In this document: positions 35,338 to 44,363 of the stretch, piece after piece
Layout: each line of letters opens with the position of its first letter
Numbering within the stretch: the first letter of the stretch is position 1
Assembly (NCBI GenBank): GCA_963823235.1
Contig: CAWGKS010000017.1
Coordinates: 5,050-69,049, forward strand
DNA: 64,000 nucleotides
DNA from: an uncultured Gammaproteobacteria bacterium
GTDB taxonomy: Bacteria > Pseudomonadota > Gammaproteobacteria > Steroidobacterales > Steroidobacteraceae
Direction of reading: 5' to 3'
Program-made: the position numbers and the translations under genes
The notes under the pieces: generated by a model
What the model saw: only the letters and a program-made list of their open reading frames with translations
What the model was told of the DNA's origin: nothing
Databases searched by the model: none

Positions 35338-36572
35338 GTCAGGCTCGATCGGCCGAGCAGGCGGTCGCGCGTACGCGCGAGGCCGTCCAGTCCGCGCAGC
35401 GTCTGGATCGCGACCCTGGCGCCGAGCTGGCTGCAGCGATGCAGCGGTATCGGTCGGAGGGGCGTTACCGGGAAACCAAGCTCGGAAGGCGACTCACCCA
35501 GCGCCCAGCGCGCCAGCAGCGTGCCGAGTACCGTCGCCATCGCGACGCCGCGACCGTTGTAGCCGAGCGCAGCGCGCAGGCCGGGCGCTATCTCGTGCAG
35601 GTGGGGCAGGTGGTCTGGCGTCATGGCCACGAGCCCGCCCCAGTGATATTCGAAGGGCAGGCCGTCGAGCTGCGGGTAGATCTCCCTCACAGCGCGATAG
35701 TGATGGCGGGCCGCGACGCTGAGCGGCCTGGCGCCGAACACACCCCTGGATCCCATGACGAGGCGGCCCGTAGCATCGAGCCTGAAGTAGCGCAGCAGGT
35801 GCCAGGTGTCCGAGACCGCCTGTCCTTCCGGCAGGATCGAGGCGCGCAGCGTTGCTGGAATCGGCGCGGTCGCTACCTGAAACGAGGGGATCGCGATGAC
35901 GCTGCGCCGCAGTGGCTCGTGCAGGGTGTCCGCGTAGGCGTTGGTGGCGAGGATCACGCTCTCGCTGGTGAGTTCGCCGCGTGGTGTCTCGATGCGCCAG
36001 CTGCTGCCCGTGCGCGTCAGCCTGATCGCTGGACTGTGTGTGTAGATGCGGCTGCCGGCGCGCTGCGCGCTGCGTGCGAGTCCGCGCACATAGGCGAGTG
36101 GCTGCAGCGTTCCGCCACGGCGATCCAGCCAGCCGCCGCAGTAACGCTGTGATCCGGTCAGGCGCACCGTCTGCTCCCGGCTCAGCAATTCCGCCGCCGC
36201 GCCGCGCTGCTGCCATTGTTGTACGCGGGCGATCAGCGGCCTGAGCGCTGCCTCGGAAGTCGCGAGCTGCAGCCAGCCGTTGCGCACGGCGTCGCAGGCA
36301 ATCGCGTGGCGAGCGATCAGTTCGAAGACGAGATCGGGGCCGGCCGCAATGGTTGCCACCAGTTTTGGGCCGAGCGTGGCTCCGTACACCTGCTCGAGCG
36401 TGTCGGGGTCGTACTTGAGCCCGGGGATTACCTGCCCCCCGTTGCGGCCCGAGGCCCGCTCGCCGATGTCCACAGCATCGACCACGACCACCGAGCGGCC
36501 GGCGGCGCTCAGGTGCAGCGCCGCCGCCAGGCCGGTGTACCCCGCGCCGACGACGGCTACCTCGGAGCGCAC
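35334..36572 (-). CDS. FAD-dependent oxidoreductase (DAO family)
   Basis: 412 aa. N-terminal dinucleotide-binding motif VAVVGAGYTGLAAALHLSAAG. DAO-like C-terminal ...GYNGRGVAMA... Confidence 0.75.
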   Translation of the reverse strand: MRSEVAVVGAGYTGLAAALHLSAAGRSVVVVDAVDIGERASGRNGGQVIPGLKYDPDTLEQVYGATLGPKLVATIAAGPDLVFELIARHAIACDAVRNGWLQLATSEAALRPLIARVQQWQQRGAAAELLSREQTVRLTGSQRYCGGWLDRRGGTLQPLAYVRGLARSAQRAGSRIYTHSPAIRLTRTGSSWRIETPRGELTSESVILATNAYADTLHEPLRRSVIAIPSFQVATAPIPATLRASILPEGQAVSDTWHLLRYFRLDATGRLVMGSRGVFGARPLSVAARHHYRAVREIYPQLDGLPFEYHWGGLVAMTPDHLPHLHEIAPGLRAALGYNGRGVAMATVLGTLLARWALGESPSELGFPVTPLRPIPLHRCSQLGARVAIQTLRGLDGLARTRDRLLGRSSLT

Positions 36573-36753
36573 CGGTCCGATGAGCTGCGGCCATGGCGGC
36601 AGCGGTGCGGCTGTCGCTGCCCACAGTGACCGTTCGCCAGTCTGCTCAGTATCCAGAGGTTGCGCCCGGTTGACCGATAGGTGTTGGTAGCATGCACTAA
36701 CATATTCTGTTGGAATACAACGGACAACGCCTTCCTACAGACTCCCTGGAGCC

Positions 36754-37809
36754 ATGCCGACGAACCCAGAAAACCCGGAGTCTGCGCCGCTCCTGCACCG
36801 CCGGCAGTTTCTGCAGGGGGCGATTGCCGCCAGCCTGCCTGCGGGCCTGTTGTCCTGTGCCGCGGACCAGCAGCACCAGGCACTCGTCGTCGGCGGGCTG
36901 CCCGTGACCTGCAATCTCACCCTGCCGGTCGCCTGCGTGGCCAGGGCTGCCGCCAATGCCGCAAGTCCGGGCGCGGGCCCGAAGTTCGCGTACCAGTACA
37001 GCAAGTACAGCGGCTGGCCCGAAATCAAGGAATCACTGATGACCGGCCGCATCCAGGCCGCCTACATGCTGGCGCCGCTGGTGATGGATCTCGCCGACAA
37101 GAAGATACCGCTCAAGATCGTGTCACTGGGTCATCGTTCGGGCGCCGTGATCATGGTACGCAGCGATTCGCCGTACCAGCACTTCCAGGAGCTCAGGGGC
37201 AAGCGCATCGCCATACCCAGTCGCTTCGCGGTCGATTTCCTGTTCCTGAGAAAGATGCTGGCGCAGGAAGGCATGTCGCCCAGGGACATCCAGATCGTGG
37301 AAATGGCGCCGCCCGATATGCCCGCCGCGCTCTACGCCAATGCAGTGGACGCTTATTGCACCGGCGAACCCTTCGGCGCCGCGGCGCAGCGCGCCGGGTA
37401 TGCGCGCACCCTGCGCATGACCCGCGATGAATGGCGCAATTACATCTGCTGTGTACTCACGGTGCGCGAGGAACTCATCGCCGCGAACGCCCCGCTGGTA
37501 CAGGATCTCGTCGATCACGTGCTGGGCGCGGGCGTGTGGCTCGATGCACGCCAGGAGAATCGCAACAAGGCGGTGGCCATCGCCGCTGGCCAGCAGTATT
37601 TCAACCAGGATCCCAACATCATCCAGTTCGTCATGGATCACCCGACCGATCGGGTGACCTACGGCGACCTGCGCATGATCAGGGCGGAATTCGAGGAGCT
37701 GATGCAGCTGTCGCTCGAAGCCGGCACCATCAAGCATCCGATCGGCTATGAGACTTACGTGGACGAGCGCTTTGCGCGGCGCGCCAGGCCTGCGGCGATC
37801 ACGCTTTGA
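36754..37809 (+). CDS. ABC transporter periplasmic substrate-binding protein (NMT1/NitT/TauT type) with Tat signal
   Basis: 351 aa. Twin-arginine motif HRRQFLQGA, followed by SBP-like alternation. Sits next to the cognate permease and ATPase. Confidence 0.75.
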   Translation: MPTNPENPESAPLLHRRQFLQGAIAASLPAGLLSCAADQQHQALVVGGLPVTCNLTLPVACVARAAANAASPGAGPKFAYQYSKYSGWPEIKESLMTGRIQAAYMLAPLVMDLADKKIPLKIVSLGHRSGAVIMVRSDSPYQHFQELRGKRIAIPSRFAVDFLFLRKMLAQEGMSPRDIQIVEMAPPDMPAALYANAVDAYCTGEPFGAAAQRAGYARTLRMTRDEWRNYICCVLTVREELIAANAPLVQDLVDHVLGAGVWLDARQENRNKAVAIAAGQQYFNQDPNIIQFVMDHPTDRVTYGDLRMIRAEFEELMQLSLEAGTIKHPIGYETYVDERFARRARPAAITL

Positions 37810-38398
37810 TGGCGGGAAGACGCGTGCTGCGTGCGCTCATACTCCTGCTGTCGATGCTCTTCGCTCGGCTGCTGCGGCCGACGATACGGCTCTCATTGCC
37901 GGAGTGTTCAGTCCGCCGCGACTCGCGCCTGAATTTTCGCTGCGCGGCTCCGACGGGACGGTACTGAATCTCAGTCGCTATCACGGCAAGGTGGTGTTGC
38001 TGGCGTTTGGTTATACCTCCTGCAGGGAAGTATGCCCCGTTACGCTCAGCACGCTGGCGCAGGCTCGCAGGAAATTGAACGCGGCGGCCAATGAGCTGCA
38101 GATTCTCTACATCACCGTGGATCCGGACCGCGATACGGTAGAACGCATGCAGGGCTTCGTCACTGCCTTCGACCCCAGTTTTGTGGGCGGCACCGGAACC
38201 GCTGAGCAACTGGCTGCGGTGCGCAGTGCGTACGGGATCTCTGTGGGCGAGAAGGTAGCCATTCCAGGCGGCTATGCGCTGAGCCATTCCTCGTTCACCT
38301 ACCTGATCGATCAGGAAGGCAAGCTGCGCGCGCTGATGCCCTTTGGACACAGCGCCGCGGATTTCGCGCATGATGTCCGCCTCCTGTTGAAGCAGTAG
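37748..38398 (+). CDS. SCO1/SenC-family copper chaperone / thiol-disulfide protein; N-terminus probably frameshifted
   Basis: Thioredoxin-fold with GKVVLLAFGYTSCREVCPVTL (CxxxC) and ...HSSFTYLID... A signal-anchor-like start (ATG 37809, MAGRRVLRALILLLSMLFA..., overlapping the SBP stop as TGATG) lies in a different frame. This implies a frame change near ~37865. Confidence 0.7.
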   Translation: MRLTWTSALRGAPGLRRSRFDGGKTRAACAHTPAVDALRSAAAADDTALIAGVFSPPRLAPEFSLRGSDGTVLNLSRYHGKVVLLAFGYTSCREVCPVTLSTLAQARRKLNAAANELQILYITVDPDRDTVERMQGFVTAFDPSFVGGTGTAEQLAAVRSAYGISVGEKVAIPGGYALSHSSFTYLIDQEGKLRALMPFGHSAADFAHDVRLLLKQ

Positions 38399-38406
38399 GC
38401 TGTTGC

Positions 38407-38865
38407 TTGCTGCGTCAGTCAGGCAGGCAGGGCATGAGCTACCTTCGCTGGCTGGGCGCGTTGCTGCTCATCGTAGTGCTGGGCATGGTCGTGTGGGCGG
38501 CTCTGACCCCGATCAGGTCCGCGTCTCGCGATGTGGCCTTCGAGATTCCAAAGGGAACCTGGGCGCGCCGCATGGCAGGTAATAAGGTGGAAATACTGCC
38601 CTCCAGGATCTACCTGACGCTCGGACTCAAGGATATTCTGGTGTTGAAGAATCTCGATGATGTGCCGCAGGTGTTCGGACCCACGCTGATGATGCCCGGA
38701 CAGAGTTTCCGGCTGCCCTTTGCGGTCGCGGCCGACTATCAGTTTGCCTGTACGGCGCACGCCAGCGGCCAGATGACGCATTGTGGTCGAACCGATGCCG
38801 GAAACCGCGCTGGCCAGAGTATGGTGGCGGTTACGGAATCTTATGGGAGTAGTGGGGTGGCGATG
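38407..38865 (+). CDS. small membrane-anchored cupredoxin-like protein, read through into the permease ORF
   Basis: N-terminal TM segment, then a beta-rich ~100 aa ending in ...FACTAHASGQM (Cys-x2-His-x4-Met, a type-1 copper loop pattern). Removing one base near 38776 gives ...GQMRIVVEP...GWR* whose TGA overlaps the permease ATG (ATGA at 38863-38866). Confidence 0.45.
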
Positions 38866-39636
38866 AAAGGAACAGTTGCTTCGGCGCTCAGGCGGATCCT
38901 GCCATCAATCACGGTCATCTCGATGCTGGTTGCCCTCTGGTGGCTGCTGGTCGCTGTGACCGGGAGCGCAATCTTCCCGACGCCCTGGCAGGTCGTGACG
39001 GCCACAATGGAGCTGATGCGCGATGGCACGCTGTGGGGTCATATCGGCGCCTCGCTGCTGCGCGTGGGCACCGGCTTCGGCCTGGCCGTGCTGTTTGCAG
39101 TGCCGCTGGGCCTGTGGATGGGGTGGGTAAAAGGCGCGTTTACGACCTTCAATCCGGTGTTTCAGATCCTGCGTCCCATTTCACCGATTGCCTGGATTCC
39201 AATCGCCATACTCTGGTTTGGCGTCGGCAACGCATCGCCGATTTTTCTCATCTTCATGTCGTCGGTATTTCCAATGGTGGTGCAGACCACGGCCGGCGTG
39301 CACACCATCGAGCGACGTTACCTGCGGGCGGCCGAGAATTTCGGGGTGTCGCGCTACACCCTGTTTCGCCGGGTCATCATTCCCGCCGTGCTGCCGCAGA
39401 TCATTGTCGGCATGCGCATCGGGCTGGGCGTGGCCTGGCTGGTGGTGGTCGCTGCCGAGATGATCGCGCTGCGCTCCGGGCTGGGCTACCTGATCATCGA
39501 CTCGCGCAACGCCGGCAATCGCTACGATCTGGTCATCAGCGGCATGATCATCATTGGCCTGATCGGACTGTCACTCGATGGCCTGATGCGCCTGCTGGAA
39601 GGGCTGCGGATAGTGCGGTGGCGCTATGCCCACTAA
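38863..39636 (+). CDS. ABC transporter permease (NitT/TauT family)
   Basis: The C-terminal ~258 aa of ORF 38407..39636 begin MKGTVASALRR. Six hydrophobic helices. GGGAG/GGGGTGG SD-like sequence upstream of ATG 38863. Confidence 0.75.
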   Translation: MKGTVASALRRILPSITVISMLVALWWLLVAVTGSAIFPTPWQVVTATMELMRDGTLWGHIGASLLRVGTGFGLAVLFAVPLGLWMGWVKGAFTTFNPVFQILRPISPIAWIPIAILWFGVGNASPIFLIFMSSVFPMVVQTTAGVHTIERRYLRAAENFGVSRYTLFRRVIIPAVLPQIIVGMRIGLGVAWLVVVAAEMIALRSGLGYLIIDSRNAGNRYDLVISGMIIIGLIGLSLDGLMRLLEGLRIVRWRYAH

Positions 39637-40368
39637 GATTGCAGTCAAGGGCCTGAAAAAAGGCTTTGCGACCAACCAGGGATCGCTGCAGGTCGTCGAC
39701 GATGTCAGCTTTGAGGTCGACGACGGCGAATTCGTCGCCATAGTGGGCCCCTCTGGCTGCGGCAAGACGACCCTGATGAACATGATCGCCGGCTTTGATC
39801 GCCCCGATCCGGGCACGATCACGGTCGATGGCGCGAGCGGCAATGGACCCGAGTTCCAAGGGCATACTCATTTCCCAGCATGGCTCGGTATTCCCCTGGC
39901 TCACGGTGCAGCAGAATCTGATGTTCGGGCTCAACGGCCACGCGCCGCGCAACAAGGAGCAGATCGCCGATCACTATGCCGCCATGGTGGGCCTGAAGGG
40001 CTTCGAGATGAGCTATCCGCACGAGCTGTCGGGCGGCATGCTCAAGCGTGCGGAGCTCGCGCGCGCGCTGGTCGTGAAGCCGGAAATCCTCTACATGGAC
40101 GAGCCGTTCTCGGCGCTCGATGCGCTCATGAGCCTGCGCATGCGCCGGGAACTGCTGCGAATACTGGCAGAGGAACGCCACACGGTCGTGCTCATCACGC
40201 ACGATGTCGAGGAGGCGATACACCTGGCTGACCGCGTCTTTGTGCTGTCGGCCCGTCCGACCAGGATCCAGGCGATCTTCGAGGTACCGTACGCAACATC
40301 CGCGCAAGCTCTCGAGCCCCGAGGTGCAGAACCTCAGAGAGGCCATCCTGCGCGAACTGGGCGCTTAA
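39626..40368 (+). pseudogene. ABC transporter ATP-binding protein (NitT/TauT family), two frame changes
   Basis: Walker A GPSGCGKTT in ORF 39626... Q-loop, signature and Walker B (LSGGMLKRAELARAL...LYMDEPFSALD) plus H-loop (ITHD) in ORF 39795... The expected C-terminus ...HPRKLSSPEVQNLREAILRELGA* is in a third frame ending at 40368. Shifts at ~39830 and ~40290. Confidence 0.8.
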
Positions 40369-40400
40369 GCTGGCGCCGGACGGGCGCGCGCTCAGCTGCG

Positions 40401-40637
40401 TTAGCGGCGCGGCAAGCGCTTGCCGGGTGGCGTAGCGCCGCCCGGATTCCCGGCACTCCAGGCGCTGCCGAGTTTCTCCTCGAGGTAATCACGGATCAGG
40501 CGCCGTACGACCTGGGAGGGCGTTACGTCCTCTGCAGCACAGGTCTTCTCGAATATTGCCTTCTTGCGCGGATCGATCAGCACCGTGAGGCGCGCGGTAC
40601 GTTCTTCGAGAGCGAGCACTTTAGCGTTCCTCAACAT
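40401..40637 (-). CDS. ribbon-helix-helix (CopG/Arc-like) DNA-binding protein
   Basis: 78 aa. ...ARLTVLIDPRKKAIFEKTCAAEDVTPSQVVRRLIRDYL... matches the beta-strand + two-helix RHH pattern. Divergent from the hydrogenase-like operon. Confidence 0.55.
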   Translation of the reverse strand: MLRNAKVLALEERTARLTVLIDPRKKAIFEKTCAAEDVTPSQVVRRLIRDYLEEKLGSAWSAGNPGGATPPGKRLPRR

Positions 40638-40741
40638 TTACATGCCAGGTGCATGGGATGATAATGCAAGGGTAATCAGATTCACAGGGTCGCGCAATGG
40701 CACTTTGTCTCCACTACTGAGCAGATGGCGCAGTCTCCCGC

Positions 40742-42745
40742 ATGACCAGCCCACTCATGCCGCTCGATGCCTGCTGCGTGTTGCTGACTGCGTGGGTGGT
40801 GATTGGCGTGGCCGGTCTGTTGCGGCCGGCCAGCGTGGCCTTTGCCGGCCGCGTGCTGTTTCCACTGGGGGCGCTGTGCGGTGTGGGCCTCGCGCTGGTG
40901 GCAGCGTTGAGCCTGGCCACGCCACCGGAGCAGGCGACGCTGCTGATCGGCCTGCCGGACCTGCCATTTCACCTGCGGCGTGATGCGCTCAGTAGTGTGT
41001 TCCTGTTTCTGCTGGGTGGTGCCTCGGCGGGTATCTCGGTGTTCGCCGCGGGTTACTTCCGCAAAGGCGAGGGCGCACTGCCAGGGCTGCTGTGCCTGGA
41101 ATACCACGTGTTCCTCGCCAGCATGGGTATGGTGCTTTTGGCGGACGACGCCTATGCCTTCATGGTGGCGTGGGAAATGATGGCGCTGTCATCGTATTTT
41201 CTGGTCACCACGCAGCATCGTATTCCGGAGATTCGCCGCGCCGGGTTCATCTACCTGCTGATCGCCCATCTTGGCGCGATCATGATACTGCTGAGTTTCG
41301 GCGTCATGCAGGGCGGCACCTGGCAGTTCACCTTCGATGCGATGCGCACTGCCAGGCTCGATCCGACCTGGTCGACGATCGCCTTCCTGCTGGCGCTGTT
41401 TGGCTTCGGAGCGAAGGCCGGCATCGTGCCACTGCACGTCTGGTTGCCCGAGGCGCATCCGGCGGCGCCCTCGCCGGTTTCGGCGCTGATGAGCGGCGTC
41501 ATGCTGAAGACGGCGGTTTACGGCCTGCTGCGCGTCAGTTTCGATCTGCTGGGCGAATCGCAGTGGTGGTGGGGGCTGGTGGCGCTTTCGTTCGGCCTGT
41601 TTACCGCATTCTATGGCGTCATCTTTGCCGCGGTGCAGACCGACATGAAGCGGCTGCTGGCCTGGTCGTCGATTGAAAACATCGGCCTCATCTTCACGGG
41701 CGTCGGCATCACCGTAGTGTTTCATGGCCTCGGCATGCCCTCGCTGGCGGGCCTGGCGCTGATCGCGACGCTCTATCACTGCGTCAATCACGCCTTCATC
41801 AAGAGCCTGCTGTTCCTGGGCACCGGTGCAGTCCTGCATGCCACGGGCGAGCGCAATCTGGGTCGTCTGGGAGGCTTGATCCAGCGCATGCCATGGGTCG
41901 CATGGCTGACCCTGATCGGCGCCCTGGCCATTGCCGGCCTGCCGCCGCTCAACGGTTTCGTCTCCGAGTGGCTGTTATTGCAGGCGTTCCTGTTTGCTGA
42001 CACGGTGCCGCGTGCCTTCGTCAACATGCTGCTGCCGATGGCTGCCGGGCTGGTTGCCCTGTGCGCCGCGCTTTCCGGCTTCGTCATGGTGAAGTTTTTC
42101 GGCGTGATCTTTCTGGGCCAGCCGCGCGAGAGTTCGCTGGCGCAGGCCCACGATGCCGGCATTCTGGAGCGGATCGGACTCATCTGGCTGGCGCTCGGCT
42201 GCTTCGCCCTTGGCCTGCTGCCGGTGCAGGTGATCGGGCGCCTGGAGTTCGTCACCCGTTATCTGATAGGCGCCGATCTGGGGGCGCGCGCCGGCCAGTG
42301 GTGGTTGCTGGCACCGGACGCGGCGCGGCAGGCGTCGTACAGTCCGGTAGTGTTCTTCGGTGTCGGCAGTGCGGTCCTGCTGCTGAGCTTCTGGCTGGTG
42401 CGCGCTTGCTATCATCGGCGGGTCAGGCGCAGTGCTGCCTGGGACGGCGGTTTCGTGCGCATCAACGCGCGCATGCAGGACACGGCCGAGGGGTTCGGGC
42501 AGCCGATCCGCCACGTGTTTCAATCGTTCTTTCTGGTGGAACGCGAACTGCCCTCGGCCTTTGACGCGGCCCCGCGCTACCGCCTGCTGCTGCTGGACCG
42601 GATCTGGCGTGCTGGCTACGAGCCCCTGGGTCGGCTGGTCAGAAAGCTTGCCGACATTGCCGCGCTGCTCCAGCAGGGACGCATCTCAACCTACCTGACT
42701 TACAGCTTCGTTACGCTGCTGGCGCTGCTGGCGGTGGTGCTGTGA
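40742..42745 (+). CDS. HyfB/HycC-like (NuoL/ND5-type) antiporter-like membrane subunit; EhrA-like
   Basis: 667 aa with ~16 hydrophobic helices. Mrp/NuoL motifs: ...MVAWEMMALSSYFLV..., ...AKAGIVPLHVWLPEAHPAAPSPVSALMSGVMLK... Confidence 0.85.
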   Translation: MTSPLMPLDACCVLLTAWVVIGVAGLLRPASVAFAGRVLFPLGALCGVGLALVAALSLATPPEQATLLIGLPDLPFHLRRDALSSVFLFLLGGASAGISVFAAGYFRKGEGALPGLLCLEYHVFLASMGMVLLADDAYAFMVAWEMMALSSYFLVTTQHRIPEIRRAGFIYLLIAHLGAIMILLSFGVMQGGTWQFTFDAMRTARLDPTWSTIAFLLALFGFGAKAGIVPLHVWLPEAHPAAPSPVSALMSGVMLKTAVYGLLRVSFDLLGESQWWWGLVALSFGLFTAFYGVIFAAVQTDMKRLLAWSSIENIGLIFTGVGITVVFHGLGMPSLAGLALIATLYHCVNHAFIKSLLFLGTGAVLHATGERNLGRLGGLIQRMPWVAWLTLIGALAIAGLPPLNGFVSEWLLLQAFLFADTVPRAFVNMLLPMAAGLVALCAALSGFVMVKFFGVIFLGQPRESSLAQAHDAGILERIGLIWLALGCFALGLLPVQVIGRLEFVTRYLIGADLGARAGQWWLLAPDAARQASYSPVVFFGVGSAVLLLSFWLVRACYHRRVRRSAAWDGGFVRINARMQDTAEGFGQPIRHVFQSFFLVERELPSAFDAAPRYRLLLLDRIWRAGYEPLGRLVRKLADIAALLQQGRISTYLTYSFVTLLALLAVVL

Positions 42746-43692
42746 ACCTGCTTGCGCTCACCACCCAGCTGCTGGAGATCATTCTGGCGGTACTGGCGGC
42801 GCCCATGCTGGTGGGCTGGGTGAATCAGTGCCGTGCGTGGCTGCAGAATCGCAGTGCACCGAGCATCTGGCAACCTTACCGCGGGCTGCACAAGCTTTTT
42901 TACAAGGACGCGGTGGTCGCCATCAACGCCTCGTCGTTGTTTCGCGCCGCTCCCTATGTGGTGTTCAGCTCGATGGTGCTCGCCGCCGCGATTATTCCCT
43001 CGCTCGGCACGCGCCTGCCGTTTACGGTGGCGGCGGACGGTATTGCCCTGGTCGGCCTGCTGGCGACGGCGCGCGTGTTTGTGTCGTTGGCCGCCATGGA
43101 TATCGGCACTGCCTTCGGTACGCTCGGGGCGCGCCGCGAAATGATGATCGGCTTTCTGGCCGAGCCGGCCCTGCTGATGGTGCTGTTTGTCGCGGCGATG
43201 ATTTCGCAGACCACCTCGCTGGCACTGATTGCCGAAAGACTGAGCGGCGGCGCCGTGGTCCTGTATCCGAGCCTGGCCTTCACTGCGGTGGCCTTCACGC
43301 TGGTGCTGCTTGCGGAGAATGCGCGCATTCCGGTCGACAATCCCGCCACGCACCTTGAACTGACCATGATTCATGAAGCCATGTTGCTCGAGTATTCGGC
43401 GCGTCACCTGGCACTCATGGAATGGGCGGCGGCGCTGAAGCTTTTCAACTACGCCTGTATCGGCATTGCGCTGTTTGTGCCGTTTGGCGTTGCGGCCCTG
43501 CCTCACGGGCCGCTCGGCCTGGTTTTCGCGGTGCCGACACTGGCGCTGAAGCTGTTGCTGGCTGGCGTGGCACTGGCAGTGCTGGAGACCGTGTCGGCCA
43601 AACTGCGGGTGTTTCGCGCTCCGGAATTCCTGGCCACCGCGTTTCTGCTGGCGGTGCTTGGCATGCTCGTGCACCTGCTGCTGGGGGCGTGA
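42742..43692 (+). CDS. HyfC/HycD-like (NuoH/ND1-type) membrane subunit; EhrB-like
   Basis: 316 aa. The GTG start overlaps the previous stop. NuoH-like ...AENARIPVDNPATHLELTMIHEAMLLEYS... Confidence 0.8.
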   Translation: MNLLALTTQLLEIILAVLAAPMLVGWVNQCRAWLQNRSAPSIWQPYRGLHKLFYKDAVVAINASSLFRAAPYVVFSSMVLAAAIIPSLGTRLPFTVAADGIALVGLLATARVFVSLAAMDIGTAFGTLGARREMMIGFLAEPALLMVLFVAAMISQTTSLALIAERLSGGAVVLYPSLAFTAVAFTLVLLAENARIPVDNPATHLELTMIHEAMLLEYSARHLALMEWAAALKLFNYACIGIALFVPFGVAALPHGPLGLVFAVPTLALKLLLAGVALAVLETVSAKLRVFRAPEFLATAFLLAVLGMLVHLLLGA

Positions 43693-44363
43693 TCTTGATC
43701 GGCATCCCATTCGACCTGCAGATCCTCAACGTGCTCGCGGCCCTGCTGCTGTTGCTGTCATTCTCGATGCTGGCGCAGCGGCGCATCGTGGTGCTGGTGA
43801 ACCTGCTGGCCACGCAGGGCCTGCTGCTGTTCCTGGCGACCATGCTGCTGGCATGGCGTACCGGCGAGCATCATCTCTATCTGTCCGCCGTCCTGACCCT
43901 GGCGCTCAAGGTGATCGGTCTGCCCTGGCTGTTGCGTCGCCTGATTCACAGCCTCGATGTCTACTGGGACACTGAACTGCTGATCAATCCCTCCGTCACC
44001 ATGCTCATCGGTCTGCTGATTGTGGTGTTCTCATTCGGGCTCGCGCAACCGATCTCCGCCCTTGCCAGCACTGCGACCCGCAGTACGCTCGGTATCGCCA
44101 TCGCCGTCATCCTGCTGGCGTTCCTGACCATGATCACGCGCCGCAAGGCGATGTCGCAGGTGGTGGCGTTCCTGTCGATGGAAAACGGCCTGTTCTTCGG
44201 CGCCATGAGCGCCACTTACGGCATGCCGATGGTGGTCGAGCTGGGCGTGGCACTGGATGTGCTGGTGGCCATGCTGGTGCTCGGTGTGTTCTTTTTTCAG
44301 ATTCGCGAGCAGTTCGACAGCCTCGATCTGCATCATCTCGAAGCCCTGAAGGAGGATGAGTAG
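43689..44363 (+). CDS. HyfE-like (NuoK/MrpC-type) small membrane subunit; EhrC-like
   Basis: ~224 aa inside ORF 43422..44363. Start taken as GTG 43689, overlapping the hyfC-like TGA (GTGA). Multi-helix hydrophobic protein with ...FLSMENGLFFGA... like HyfE. Confidence 0.7.
   Translation: MILIGIPFDLQILNVLAALLLLLSFSMLAQRRIVVLVNLLATQGLLLFLATMLLAWRTGEHHLYLSAVLTLALKVIGLPWLLRRLIHSLDVYWDTELLINPSVTMLIGLLIVVFSFGLAQPISALASTATRSTLGIAIAVILLAFLTMITRRKAMSQVVAFLSMENGLFFGAMSATYGMPMVVELGVALDVLVAMLVLGVFFFQIREQFDSLDLHHLEALKEDE

Noticed and set aside
40637-40742. A sigma-54 promoter (TGGCAC...) upstream of the Ehr-like operon
   Set aside because: TGGCACTTTGTCTCC has the -24 element, but there is no GC at the -12 position.
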